This document shows, one piece after another, positions 53,870-64,000 of a stretch of 64,000 bases of DNA. Position 1 is the first letter of the stretch. The number at the start of each line of letters is the position of its first letter. Position numbers and translations under genes: made by a program. The notes below the pieces were generated by a model. It did no database searches. It was not told where the DNA came from and saw nothing but the letters and a program-made list of their open reading frames with translations. This DNA is from Malacoraja senta (taxonomy: Eukaryota), in contig CM075994.1 of assembly GCA_038087875.1 (NCBI GenBank), forward strand, positions 5,210,001 through 5,274,000. The letters are read 5' to 3'.

Positions 53870-53991
53870 AGATGCCTCGTTATAGATTCTTTACATGGTG
53901 TCGAATAACTTACCTTGCGCCTCCTGTTTATCGGTTTATCATTTAATTTTGTCCCAGTTTTTTGTTTCCCCCGCCCTCCTATTTCTTTGTC

Positions 53992-54770
53992 ATGGCCTCT
54001 TCTGCCCGTAAGCCCGATGTGCTCGTTTTCGATTTAGACATCGCCCTTCGATGGGACGTATTCAAACGTGACTTTGAACACTATTTCACGATCGCTCATC
54101 CTGCCGCCACCGCCGATCTCAAAGCCTCTCTGCTTCTCAACTTGGCTGGTCCCGAGGCCCTGACTCGCTCTGACTTCTTCGTCTATGCTGATGGCGAATC
54201 AGCTCGGGACCCGGTATGTCTGGTGGCTAAGTTTGATGCTATTTGTGATATTCCGACAAATTGCATCTTAGAACGTTTTAAACTGTTCGCGCGGCGTCAG
54301 CTCCCTGGGGAATCTGCTGAGAACTATGTCATTGCGCTGCGGCACCTCGGCAGGCGCTGCCGCCTCCACGCGTGGAACCCCGATGAGATTCTCAGGGACC
54401 TTCTGGTTTACGGTCTCCGTGATGAGAAGCTCAGGGCCGGACTTCTGCGCAAGCCGGATCTGACTTTAACCGATGCTATGCACGCTACTCGCTTAGCTGA
54501 AGCTGTTTCCTCGGCGGCGTCGCCGGCTGAACAGGCGATCAACTTTGCCAGCACTCCCAGTCATCTCATAAACACACCCCAGTCGCGACCCCCGGGGTCG
54601 CTCGCTGCTCGAGGGGGACGCGCCCCGGGGTTCGGTGCTGCTACAGGGGGAGGTACCCGGCAAAGGTGCCCTAATTGCAACTTCACGACTCATCAATACA
54701 ATGTGTGCCCTGCCTTGGGTAAAAAGGGGAAATGTCTGCAAAAAATTGAACCATTTTGCTGCGGCTTGTC
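53992..54770 (+). pseudogene. gag: Gypsy Gag with Zn knuckles, frameshifted near 54725
   Basis: CPNCNFTTHQYNVC, with the second knuckle remnant (NVCKKLNHFAAAC) in another frame. Confidence 0.85.
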
Positions 54771-57700
54771 GTTCCCGTGGGAAGCCTGTCGCTGCTCGAA
54801 GGGGAAATTTAAACAACCTTCTACAAGCTGACAGTGCGCTCAGCTCCCAGTGTTATTTCGATGAACAGTCTGTTTCTGCATCTGACTCCTCTCAGGGGGA
54901 GACCAACTTGTTTACCGTGTTGGACGCACCTGCTATGATAACGGACCCTTCTGTGCTAGTCACTGTGAACAACTCGACCTTCACTGCTAAGATTGACACG
55001 GGGGCTGTGGCCAACGTAATGTCAACATCTCTTTTCAACCAGATATGAACTAATGAGCAGATATTTTCCCAGAGCTCAACCTTGCATTCCTACGGTGGGG
55101 AGATTCTTACTCCTGTGGGCAAGGCCACGCTACGCTGTAAGATACTAGAGACCTCTCGGCCCCTCACCTTCTATCTCCTCAATCAAAAATGCATTCCCCT
55201 GCTGGGGATCCGGCCATGCCAGGAAATGGGACTGGTGTACTTCCACCATGACATCCACCAGGTGCAGACTCTTATGGACCCGCTGGCCGATTATCCCGAC
55301 CGCTTTGATGATAAGCTAGGCAAACTACCCTGCAGCTACAAGATTGTAGTGGACCGTAAGATCGTTCCTGTGGTCCATGCTCCTCACCGTGTCTCCTTCG
55401 CCATGAGGGACAGAGTGGAGGCGACACTACACAGTATGGTACAAATGGGCATCCTAAAGGCGGTCGTCGAGCCCACCAGCTGGGTCTCTTCCATGGTTGT
55501 TGCTGCTAAAAAGGACATGAGCGAGATACGCATTTGCATCAACCCCAAAGACCTCAACCTGGCCATTAGACGCCCTCACTACCCTATGAGAACGGTGGAA
55601 GAAGTCGCTGCACAGGTTGGTCCAGCAACGGTTTTTTCTGTCCTCGATGCCAAAAGCTCCTTCTGGCAGATACCACTGGACGAGCGGTCGTCCATTTTGA
55701 CAACTTTCGCCACCCCCTACGGAAGGTTTCGGTTCCTCCGAATGCCATTCGGAATCAACTCTGCCAGCGAGGTATTTCAGCGGACAATGGAGCAGTTGTT
55801 TTTAGGTCTACCATGCGCCATAATTGTTGACGACATCCTCGTTTACGGTAAGGACGTTGCCGAACACGATGTCAACCTCCGCCAGGTCCTGGACCGGGCC
55901 CGGCAAATCAACTTGAAACTGAACCCCAAGAAGTGCCGATTCCGCGTCCCGGAGGTCACCTATGTTGGACATGTATTCACCGCTGAGGGGTTAAAGCCAG
56001 ACCCGTAGAAAACGGCTGCCATTTCAGGGATGCCCCCTCCTACCAATGTGGCAGGCCTGCAACGCTTCCTAGGCTTGGTAAACTACCTGGGGGAGTTCAT
56101 CCCCGACCTCAGCGAGCTCAGCGCTCCCCTGAGGGATCTGATAAAAAAGGACACGTCCTGGCTTTGGTTACCCAACCATCAGAAGGCATTCGACATTCTT
56201 AAGTCTAAGCTGATCAGCACCCCCACGCTCAAGTTCTTTGACCTGCAGCGTCCCATTGTCCTCACCTGCGACGCCTCTCAGTTCGGACTCGGTGCCGCCT
56301 GTCTCCAGGTCCTTGACGGCCTGCAGCTGCCTGTCTCCTTCGCGTCCCGCACCATGACCGCCACCGAACAGCACTACGCGCAGATCGAGAAGGAGCTACT
56401 GGCCGTGGTGTTTGCCTGCTCCAAATTCCGGGACTACATCGTGGGCAACACTTTCACCGTTGAAACTGACCATCAGCCACTTGTCACCATCCTCAACAAG
56501 TCGATCCATGTGGCCTCATCACGCCTGCAGCGCATGATGCTGCAGCTCCAGCGCTTCACGTTCACGGTGGTTTATCGTAAGGGCAAGGACATGTTCGTGG
56601 CCGACACGTTGTCTCGCGCCCCGCTGACGTCCACCGCTCGCCACCAATATGAAATGTCTGAGCTATTGGTGCTACAATTGAACATCGTCCCCTCACAGCA
56701 GATGAAGTCCCTGGTTGAACACACTACCAATGACCCTGCCCTGCAACAGCTGTCTGCCGTCATCCGGCAGGCCTGGCCTGACCGTCGTTCGGCACTGCCG
56801 GCTGGTGCCGTGCCCTACTTCCTGGTCCGTGACGAGCTCGTACTGCACGACGGCGTGGTGGTGAAGGGTCACAAGGTGGTCGTGCCCGCGGCGCTGCACG
56901 ACCACTATTTTCAAGTCGCTCACCGCGGTCATCCTGGGGCCGAAGCCACCGTGTCTCTCGCCAGGAGCCAGTTCTATTGGCCGGATATGGCCAAATACAT
57001 CCGGGAGAGGGTCTCCTCGTGTTCCACCTGCAACAGCCTCGCCCCCCACCAGCAGCGTCAGCCGCTTCTGCAGCAGCCCGCGCCCGAACTGCCCTGGATG
57101 GCGCTTGCCGCCGACATTTTCGAGTGGCGGGGCAAACACTTCCTGGTTCTCGTTGACTCCTACTCCAGCTGGTTTGTGGTCGACCGGCTGCATTCCATAA
57201 CCTCTTCGGCCGTCATCGATAGGTTGTACCCTCATTTTGGCACTTTTGGCCCCCCGGCAAGCCTGCAATCGGACAATGGCAGCCAGTTCACGAGCTCCGA
57301 GTTTAAAGCGTTCGCTTCCAGATGGAACTTCCGCCATTTCACCAGCAGCCCGGAGTACCCGCAAAGCAACGGTTTGGCCGAGCGTGCCGTCCGCAGCGCG
57401 AAGCACCTGTTGGAACTCCGGCTTCCATCTGGCCCTCCTCAACCTTCGGAACATTTCCCGCGTCTCTGCCATGGGTTCACCTGCTCAGCGGCTCATGTCT
57501 CGCGCTACCAGACTCCCGCTCCCTGTGGCCCAGCGCTCCCTCATACCCTCCATCATCCCACCTGCGGCGGTTCAGAAACGCATTGCCTTCAGGCACGACG
57601 TCCAAAAGCGTTCCCATGACAGGTCCTGCCACCCGCTGCCGCGCCTCTTCCCCGGTCAAGTTGTCCGTATGCAGACCGCTCCCGGTCACTCCAAGCTCGC

Positions 57701-58148
57701 TACCGTCGTCGGCTCTGTGGGGTCGCCCAGGTCCTATCTCGTCGACCACGCTGGAGCCATTTACCGACGGTCCCGCCAGCACCTTCGGCTCGTCAACGAG
57801 CCGCGTCCTCCTGCCGCGGATCCCTTTGCTCCCCCACTGCCTGTTTAGCGTCAGGGCGTTGCTCTGCCCTTCCTTCCTGACATGCAACGTTCTGCTCCTC
57901 CTCAGCCCCTTCCGTTCCACCCCGCTCCGACTAGTCCTCGCTCGCCTGCCCGCGCTCTTCCCGGTCCTGATCTCGCATCACCTCCGGGTTCGGTGCCGCG
58001 GTCTCCTCCGTCTCCTCCCGTTTCCCCCTTTCAGGTTCGTCTGTCTCCGCCGGTGCCTCTTCCTCCTGCAGGAAGGGTGGAAGGCGAGACGCGAACCCGG
58101 GCGGGACGTCTTGTCAAACCGCCTGACCACTATGGCGATTTTGTTTAA
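54771..58148 (+). pseudogene. pol: Gypsy Pol (protease, RT, RNase H, integrase) with in-frame stops at 55046 and 56006 and a frameshifting deletion near 57415
   Basis: KIDTGA, LDAKSSFWQI, IVDDIL, TCDASQFG, HRGHPG..CSTC, QSDNGSQF and SNGLAERAV motifs. Confidence 0.93.
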
Positions 58149-58949
58149 CTATCCTAGCGCATGAGCCGTGGTCGCCATGTCACCATTGTATTTGCCTGTC
58201 GTTTCGAAGAGCAAAGATGTAGATGTGATATGCATGTGCCTTTAACATAGTGACCTCATACCTACTAACCACTCCCCATATCACAAGTATATCTACAACC
58301 TCCCCACCCACAGATCGCTCTCTAGTTCCTGTGACAGACCACGTACAGCTAGTGCAATGTATAATGCTCCAGTATGAATAAAGATAGTAAAGTAACGATG
58401 CCTCGTTATAGATTCTTTACACAAGGGTACAATCAAGTAAAAGTATCCTGTAATAGTCTACCGAATCCCATTTGCCACTGGTGTATCATTAAGTACAGAT
58501 CAATGACAACACAGAATGGGTGTTTGATCACACAGTATTTATGGAATTCTGGTTTAATGAGACACCGAATATCGATATGATGGGTTTCATGCTTATTCAT
58601 AGGTTGCAAAAATATGTGGCATAACAGTGGCGAAAGATACATTCTCGCTACAAGGAGGAGGAATGGTCTTTCATGACATCCTCCATTTTGCCTCATCAGT
58701 CGGGTCTTCAAATAAAGTCATCAAGATCCTGTTTAGGTTTTCCTACTGTCTGATTGGCCTATGCAGCTTTGGTTCCCGATTTGTCGGGAATAATAATACA
58801 ACAATATACGATAATTCTAAACGTGAACGTTGCTGGTTCAACCTGTGGCTCTGGAAATTAGCCTTTTCATGATGAAATCAATTTATGTTCTGCAGATTCT
58901 AAATAGACTGCCCTACGGCTTGCATTGTCCCACCTATCCTTGTATGTGT

Positions 58950-59790
58950 TCACTACAGTGTGCTGGGAAAGCACCAAACAAGCAGTACGTTTCTTGCAGA
59001 GATGGGAAGCGTTGTTTAATGCTAATGTTACAGTTAAAACGGTACAGATTACTGACGTCTTGGAGTTTATTATAAATGGTCTTTTGACAATAATTGAGTT
59101 ATAGTGGCATTAACTGGACCAACGTGCCTTCCCATCATATTTGCCGCAACAAACGGGACCCACTCTGTAGGGTTCACCCCGGATATCGAGTTTGTAAAGT
59201 AACACAAGTTCTCCCAGGACAACTACAATGCAGTATGGGATATTGACATTGTGTTAACACTATTCACCAGGGGGCTCCAGTTACACCCTTAGCTTTGGCC
59301 AGCCCTCATAAGGTAATTATCCTCCTGGCGCTGGTTTTAAAGCAAAAGATGCAGTCGCTACATACGTGCGATGGGACAGGATGGTTACATCTGTAAATAA
59401 TATATAATATTTTATGTTTATACTTTACTTAAGCAGAGCACAAGGGGTGTCATGTCTCAAAATAGTTCAAGGTATACCCAGGGACCTTTTCATTATGTGA
59501 AGGCACACATATACAACATGACGTCAAGGTCACCAAAAGACGTCGAGGCTCTGAACTAGCAATGCCTAATTTGTTACAAAAAACGTTATAAGAACGTATC
59601 CGTTCAGACCATTTCCATGTGATAAGACGGAGTTTGATTTATGCAGGAGTAGATACTGATTCCAGATCTCACTCCACCGGGGCTGCCACTACGTCAGCAG
59701 CAAGGTTATTTACGTTCCGCTGGGCCACATCCTAACGGCTGGAGCATGGTCAAACGAACGAAGTTCCTAACATTTTATAATAACCCGGGG
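58950..59790 (+). pseudogene. DIRS tyrosine recombinase remnant
   Basis: SHSTGAATTSAA (HSTR-type, ~59668-59703) and ILTAGAWSNERSS*HFYN. Confidence 0.7.
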
Positions 59791-60015
59791 TATTGCCAGA
59801 CCAGGAGTATTTATCAACTCTATTTTATGTTTTAGTTATAGTTTCCATGCAGATGAGAGGTGTGACTATTATTATTACTTCATTTAACAGCATCAGCATG
59901 TTTAAATCTATTTCATGACTGTATGCATTATGAATGTTTTTCCCTAGTTTGTCAATGAAGCAGTGGTGGCTGTGTAGACTCGATTCTCACGGCATGAAAT
60001 CACAGAGCTTTGAAA

Positions 60016-60128
60016 TCTTCACGTAGTCACTCACGTGACTCCGATGTAAAATAGCAAGGTTAAACGAGAACTTACCAGTTTGAAGTTTGATCTTTATTAT
60101 TTGAGGAGTTACGTTGAGGGACTACGTG
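60016..60128 (+). other. DIRS internal complementary region (ICR)
   Basis: 60016-60051 is the reverse complement of the left terminus; 60052-60128 is the reverse complement of the right terminus (60269-60345). Confidence 0.92.
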
Positions 60129-61989
60129 CCCTCCGCTCGCTACCCTCATAGATCATCTCGTAGATCAAGTCTTCTTCCATCTGACTATTATACTTCAGTC
60201 ACTATTATCTGTGATTGCACACCGCCGTTTTGAAGATTGAAGCGCATGCGTATGATCGGGGTCACCTTCACGTAGTCCCTCAACGTAACGCCTCGTAAAA
60301 TAATGATGAAACTTCAAACTGGTAAGTTCTCCTTTAATCTTCCTATTATATAGAAGGCAAGGCAACTATATTTGGGCAAGGCAAATTTAATTAGGCAAGG
60401 CAAAATAAATAGGCAAGGCTAAATAAATAGGCAATGCAACTTTAATTAGGCAAGGCAACCTATGTTTTAAAAATTATTTTAATTAGAAGCAAACATATTA
60501 TAAAGTATAGTTACATTATAGTAAAAAAAATCTTTTCATATACATCAATCATACATTATTACAATTTTCAATTGTCGATTAATTCTGCTTCTAGTGTTTT
60601 TCATATAGATAGAAAGAGAGAGAAAGAGAGAAAAAAGAAATACAAATATCAAAAAAGAGAAAAGGTGGAATTAATTACTTAGAATACGTCATTGGAGATA
60701 AGTTCGTAGATTATGAAGTATAATTTTTCATCAAATCCTGAGTTCAAGCTTCATTTCGGTTTTCGTGCTGGGCCAATCTATCCCGTCAAATAGTTAATGA
60801 ATGGAGCCAATATTTTATCAAAAAGTTCTTGTTTGTCCATTAAGACAAGACTAATTCTTTCTAAATGTAGGGTCTCCGACATTTCCACAATCCACGTTTT
60901 AATTGTGGGGGTTATAGGACCTTTACAAAAATTTTATATTAATTTTTTCCCATTTATTATGCTGTAGTCGAGGAAGTTCATTTGGCTTGTTGTGAGTGTT
61001 AAACGGTGTTCTGATATCCTAAGTATTATTAATTTTGAGTCTGGATCCAATTTAGTATTAACAACTTCAGAAATTATTTCAAAAATATCAGTCCAGAAAT
61101 TTTTACATTTTGTACAATTTGCAAAGGTATTAAATTAAAAGTGTTAAATTGGCCTCTAGATGGAGACATATATCACAAATAGGAGAAATATATGGGAAGA
61201 TTATATTTAGTTTTGTTTTGGAGTAATGTAATCTGTGTAAGACTTTAAATTGTATTAAAGCATGTCTGGCATTTAAAGAGCATTGATGTATATGTTGTAA
61301 ACTTTCGTCCCAAATATCATTCGTTATAGGATGACCTAACTTATTTTCCCATGTGTATCTATATAGTTCCATCGGTTGTGCCTCGTTGTTTAACAGGGTG
61401 TTATAAATATAAGCTATTAATTTGTCAGTGTTAGGATGCTTATTCAAACATTTATCAATATTTTTTGGTTCCCTAGTCCTATAAACTTGTGTATTAGATT
61501 TAACATCATCTCTAATTTGTAGATATATGAAGAAATTATTTGAGTGCAGTCCATGATTTTGTTGTAACTCTTGAAATGAAAGAAAGATGCCTCTCCTATA
61601 AAGATGCCCCATTTTTTAAATTCCATAATTTTTCCATTGTGTGAAACCTTTATCCAATATGGATGGCTTGAATAAAGGATTATTTACAATGGGAAGACAT
61701 AGTGGGATATTATTCAGTTTTTTAAGCTTTTTTAAATTTTCCAAATTCGTATTCCACTATGTATTATAGGGTTTTCCTTATGGGTTTTTTGTGCAGTTTT
61801 GAGGGAGCAAATGTAATCGAACCAATGCCAAAAGGTAAACAGTCTTCCTTTTCCATCCTTAACCAATCTGGTTGTTGAGCCATTTCTTCTAGCCAGAAAT
61901 TCATGTTTTTAATATGGACTGCCCAGAAATAAAAGAAGAAATTTGGCAATGCCAAACCTCCATTGCTCTCTGACTTACATAAGACTTAC

Positions 61990-62598
61990 TCTTTGAGTAT
62001 AAGAGCAGGGAGGTTCTAATGCAGTTGTACAGGGTCTTGGTGAGACCACACCTGGAGTATTGCGTACAGTTTTGGTCTCATAATCTGTGGAAAGTCATTC
62101 TTGCCATAGAGAGAGTACAGAGAAGATTCAGCAGACTGATTCCTGGGATTGCAGGATTTTCATATGAGGAAAGACTGGATACACTCGGCTTGTAGACGTT
62201 GGAAATTAGAAGACTGAGGGGGGACTTATAGAAACTTACAAAATTCTTAAGGGGTTGGACAGGCTAGATGCAGGAAGATTATTCCCGATGTTGGGGAAGT
62301 CCAGAACTAGGGGTCACAGTTTAAGGACAAGAGGGAAGACTTTTAGGACCTAGATGAGGAAATCATTTTTTACACAGAGTGGTGAATCTGTGGAATTCTC
62401 TGCCACAGAATGTAGTTGAGGCCAATTCATTGGCTATATTTAAGTTAGATGTGGCCCTTGTGGCTAAATGGATCAGGGGGTATGGAGAGCAGGCAGGGAT
62501 GGGATACTGAGTTGGATGATCAGCAATGATCATATCAAATGGCTGTGCAGGCTCGTAGGGCCGAATGGCCTACTCCTGCACCTATTTTCTATGTCTAT
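61990..62598 (+). mobile_element. CR1 3' fragment inserted in the L1
   Basis: Close match to 10885-11500. Confidence 0.9.
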
Positions 62599-62844
62599 AA
62601 ATGTGTTTTACTTATTCTATGATTCTTATAATCCCAAATAAAGCTTGTGACAATGGAATCGATTTTATGTGGGAAAAAATCGGAAATATATCGGAATTAA
62701 TTGAAATAGATACAGTAGTTGCGGTAAGCAGATCATTTTATAGCATTAATTCTACCAAGCATTGAAGTGGGAAGTGTTTTCCAGTACTAAATATTCTTGT
62801 GTAATTAATCAGTAAAGGTGGACAATTTAGTTTAAATAAAGAGG

Positions 62845-63107
62845 TATAATAATAATAATAATAGATTTTATTTATATAGCGCTTTGCAGGACTCAATGTC
62901 GCTTTACAATTGAGAGTCAGGAATAAACAAAACAAAATAGAGCAGTAAGACAGAGGGGAGGGGAACATGGGACTAAGGGTATGCAGAGGTGAAGAGATGG
63001 GTCTTGAGGCGGGACTGGAAGATGGTGAGGGACTCAGAATTTTGGACCGGTTGTGGGAGGGAATTCCAGAGCCTGGGAGCTGCCCTGGAGAAGGCTCTGC
63101 CTCCAAA
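62845..63107 (-). mobile_element. L2-like LINE 3' end with (ATT)n tail
   Basis: Inverted AAGCGCTATATAAATAAAATCTATTATTATTATTA end. Confidence 0.6.
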
Positions 63108-64000
63108 ATATATGTCTTAGTTACGTCGATTCCTAAATATTTAAGTTTATCTTGAACTATTTTAAGGGGATTATTGTAATGTATGTAAATTGAATTTTGT
63201 TATTGGCATTATTTCGCTTTTATTCCAGTTAATTCTATATCCTGAAAACTGGCCAAATTGAGTTATTAGATTTAATAGATTTGGAATACTAGTTTCTAGC
63301 TTTGTAATATATATTAGTACAAACAATATATTAGTACATCATCTGCATATAAATAAATTGTATTCCTTGTGTCTCTAGTGTTGTACCCGTGTATTCCTGG
63401 ATGGGTTCTAACGGTTTCTGCTAATGGTTCAATTGCAAGAGCAAATAATAGTGGGGATAGTGAACATCCTTGTCTGCAACCTCTAGAAAGATTAAATTTA
63501 GCTGATAACATTTGGTTTGTTAATATTATAGCTATTGGGTTAGAGTATAACAATTTAACCCATGCACAGTACTTCTCTCCCAGTTGAAGTTTTTCCATCA
63601 CCGAAAATAAATATGACCATTCTACATGGTCAAATGCTTTTTCAGCATCTAACGAAATAATTGCTAGATCTGCATTAGGAATTCTATTTGAGTATATAAT
63701 ATTGAATAGTTTCCCAGATTATAAAATGAGTAACGTTTTGGAATTAAACCTGTTTGGTCGGGGTGTATAAATTAGTTCATCACTAAGCTCAATCTATGAG
63801 ATAGGATTTTAGTTAATATTTTCTGATCAGTATCTATGAGAGCTATTGTTCTATATGAACCTGGGTCTTCATGATCCTTATCCGTTTTTGGTATAAGTAT
63901 GATTGTAGATCTATTTAGAGTTTCTGGGAGTTTCTGTTGAGTGTAAGCGTATTTGTAAAGTGTCTGTAGGCGTGGAGCAATCAGATCATATATGTTTTAA

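Larger units (their letters stand above)
53648..58421 (+). mobile_element. Ty3/gypsy LTR retrotransposon, full length, 5-bp TSD CAAGG
   Basis: 204-bp TG...CA LTRs at 53648-53851 and 58218-58421. TSD at 53643-53647 and 58422-58426. Domain order gag-PR-RT-RH-IN. Confidence 0.97.
51210..60347 (+). mobile_element. Full-length but decayed DIRS1-like element with nested gypsy
   Basis: Left ITR at 51210, right ITR ~60240-60347, ICR 60016-60128, and tyrosine-recombinase remnants. Confidence 0.9.
50521..60460 (-). mobile_element. Non-autonomous Helitron (same family as 1238-1985), split by DIRS into 50521-51209 and ~60348-60460
   Basis: GACTTTTAA|...|TATATAGAAGGCAAGGCAAC rejoins to match the inverse of 1226-1270. 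Confidence 0.8.
60467..64000 (-). mobile_element. Second L1-clade LINE (RT to 3' end), runs off the window end; interrupted by CR1 and L2-like fragments
   Basis: ORFs 63314..63601 (GCRQGCSLSP, LYADD), 61764..61955 and 61130..61612; homologous to 35683-37033. Confidence 0.9.

Noticed and set aside
54715..54735. Programmed gag-pol frameshift
   Set aside because: The shift falls inside the Zn-knuckle region and disrupts the second knuckle, so a mutation is more likely.
56693..58164. Long antisense or alternative-frame ORFs (56693..57472 -, 57322..58164 +) as an env or accessory gene
   Set aside because: They are shadows of the GC-rich pol, with no signal peptide or transmembrane features.

Overview
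Vertebrate genomic DNA with no intact host gene. The repeat repertoire (CR1/HER1-type LINEs with (TTCTATGT)n or (CTATTGT)n tails, V-SINE/HE1-like SINEs, Penelope, L1, DIRS, Tc1, Helitron) suggests a cartilaginous fish, probably a skate or ray (inference). Most of the window is nested transposable elements: many CR1 fragments, Penelope, non-autonomous Helitrons, two Tc1 copies inside a ~5.6 kb local duplication, two L1s, two DIRS1-like elements, and a Ty3/gypsy element with near-identical LTRs inside one DIRS. The main result is the AT-rich sequence between the TEs. Hand translation across stops and frameshifts recovers, in the correct order on the minus strand from ~17.6 kb to ~8.3 kb, degenerate versions of the main motifs of a herpesvirus-type terminase ATPase/nuclease subunit: Q motif, Walker A, Walker B, and the nuclease D, E and D regions. 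The gene appears split into three exons. Other decayed, densely packed ORF remnants on both strands surround it, including a possible kinase. The window therefore appears to be a fossil Herpesvirales-like (alloherpes/Teratorn-like) genome integrated in the host and later fragmented by TEs. An 8.65 kb TSD-bounded L1 insertion also looks like a 3' transduction carrying DIRS and CR1 fragments. All protein comparisons were made by eye from remembered family motifs and need database confirmation.
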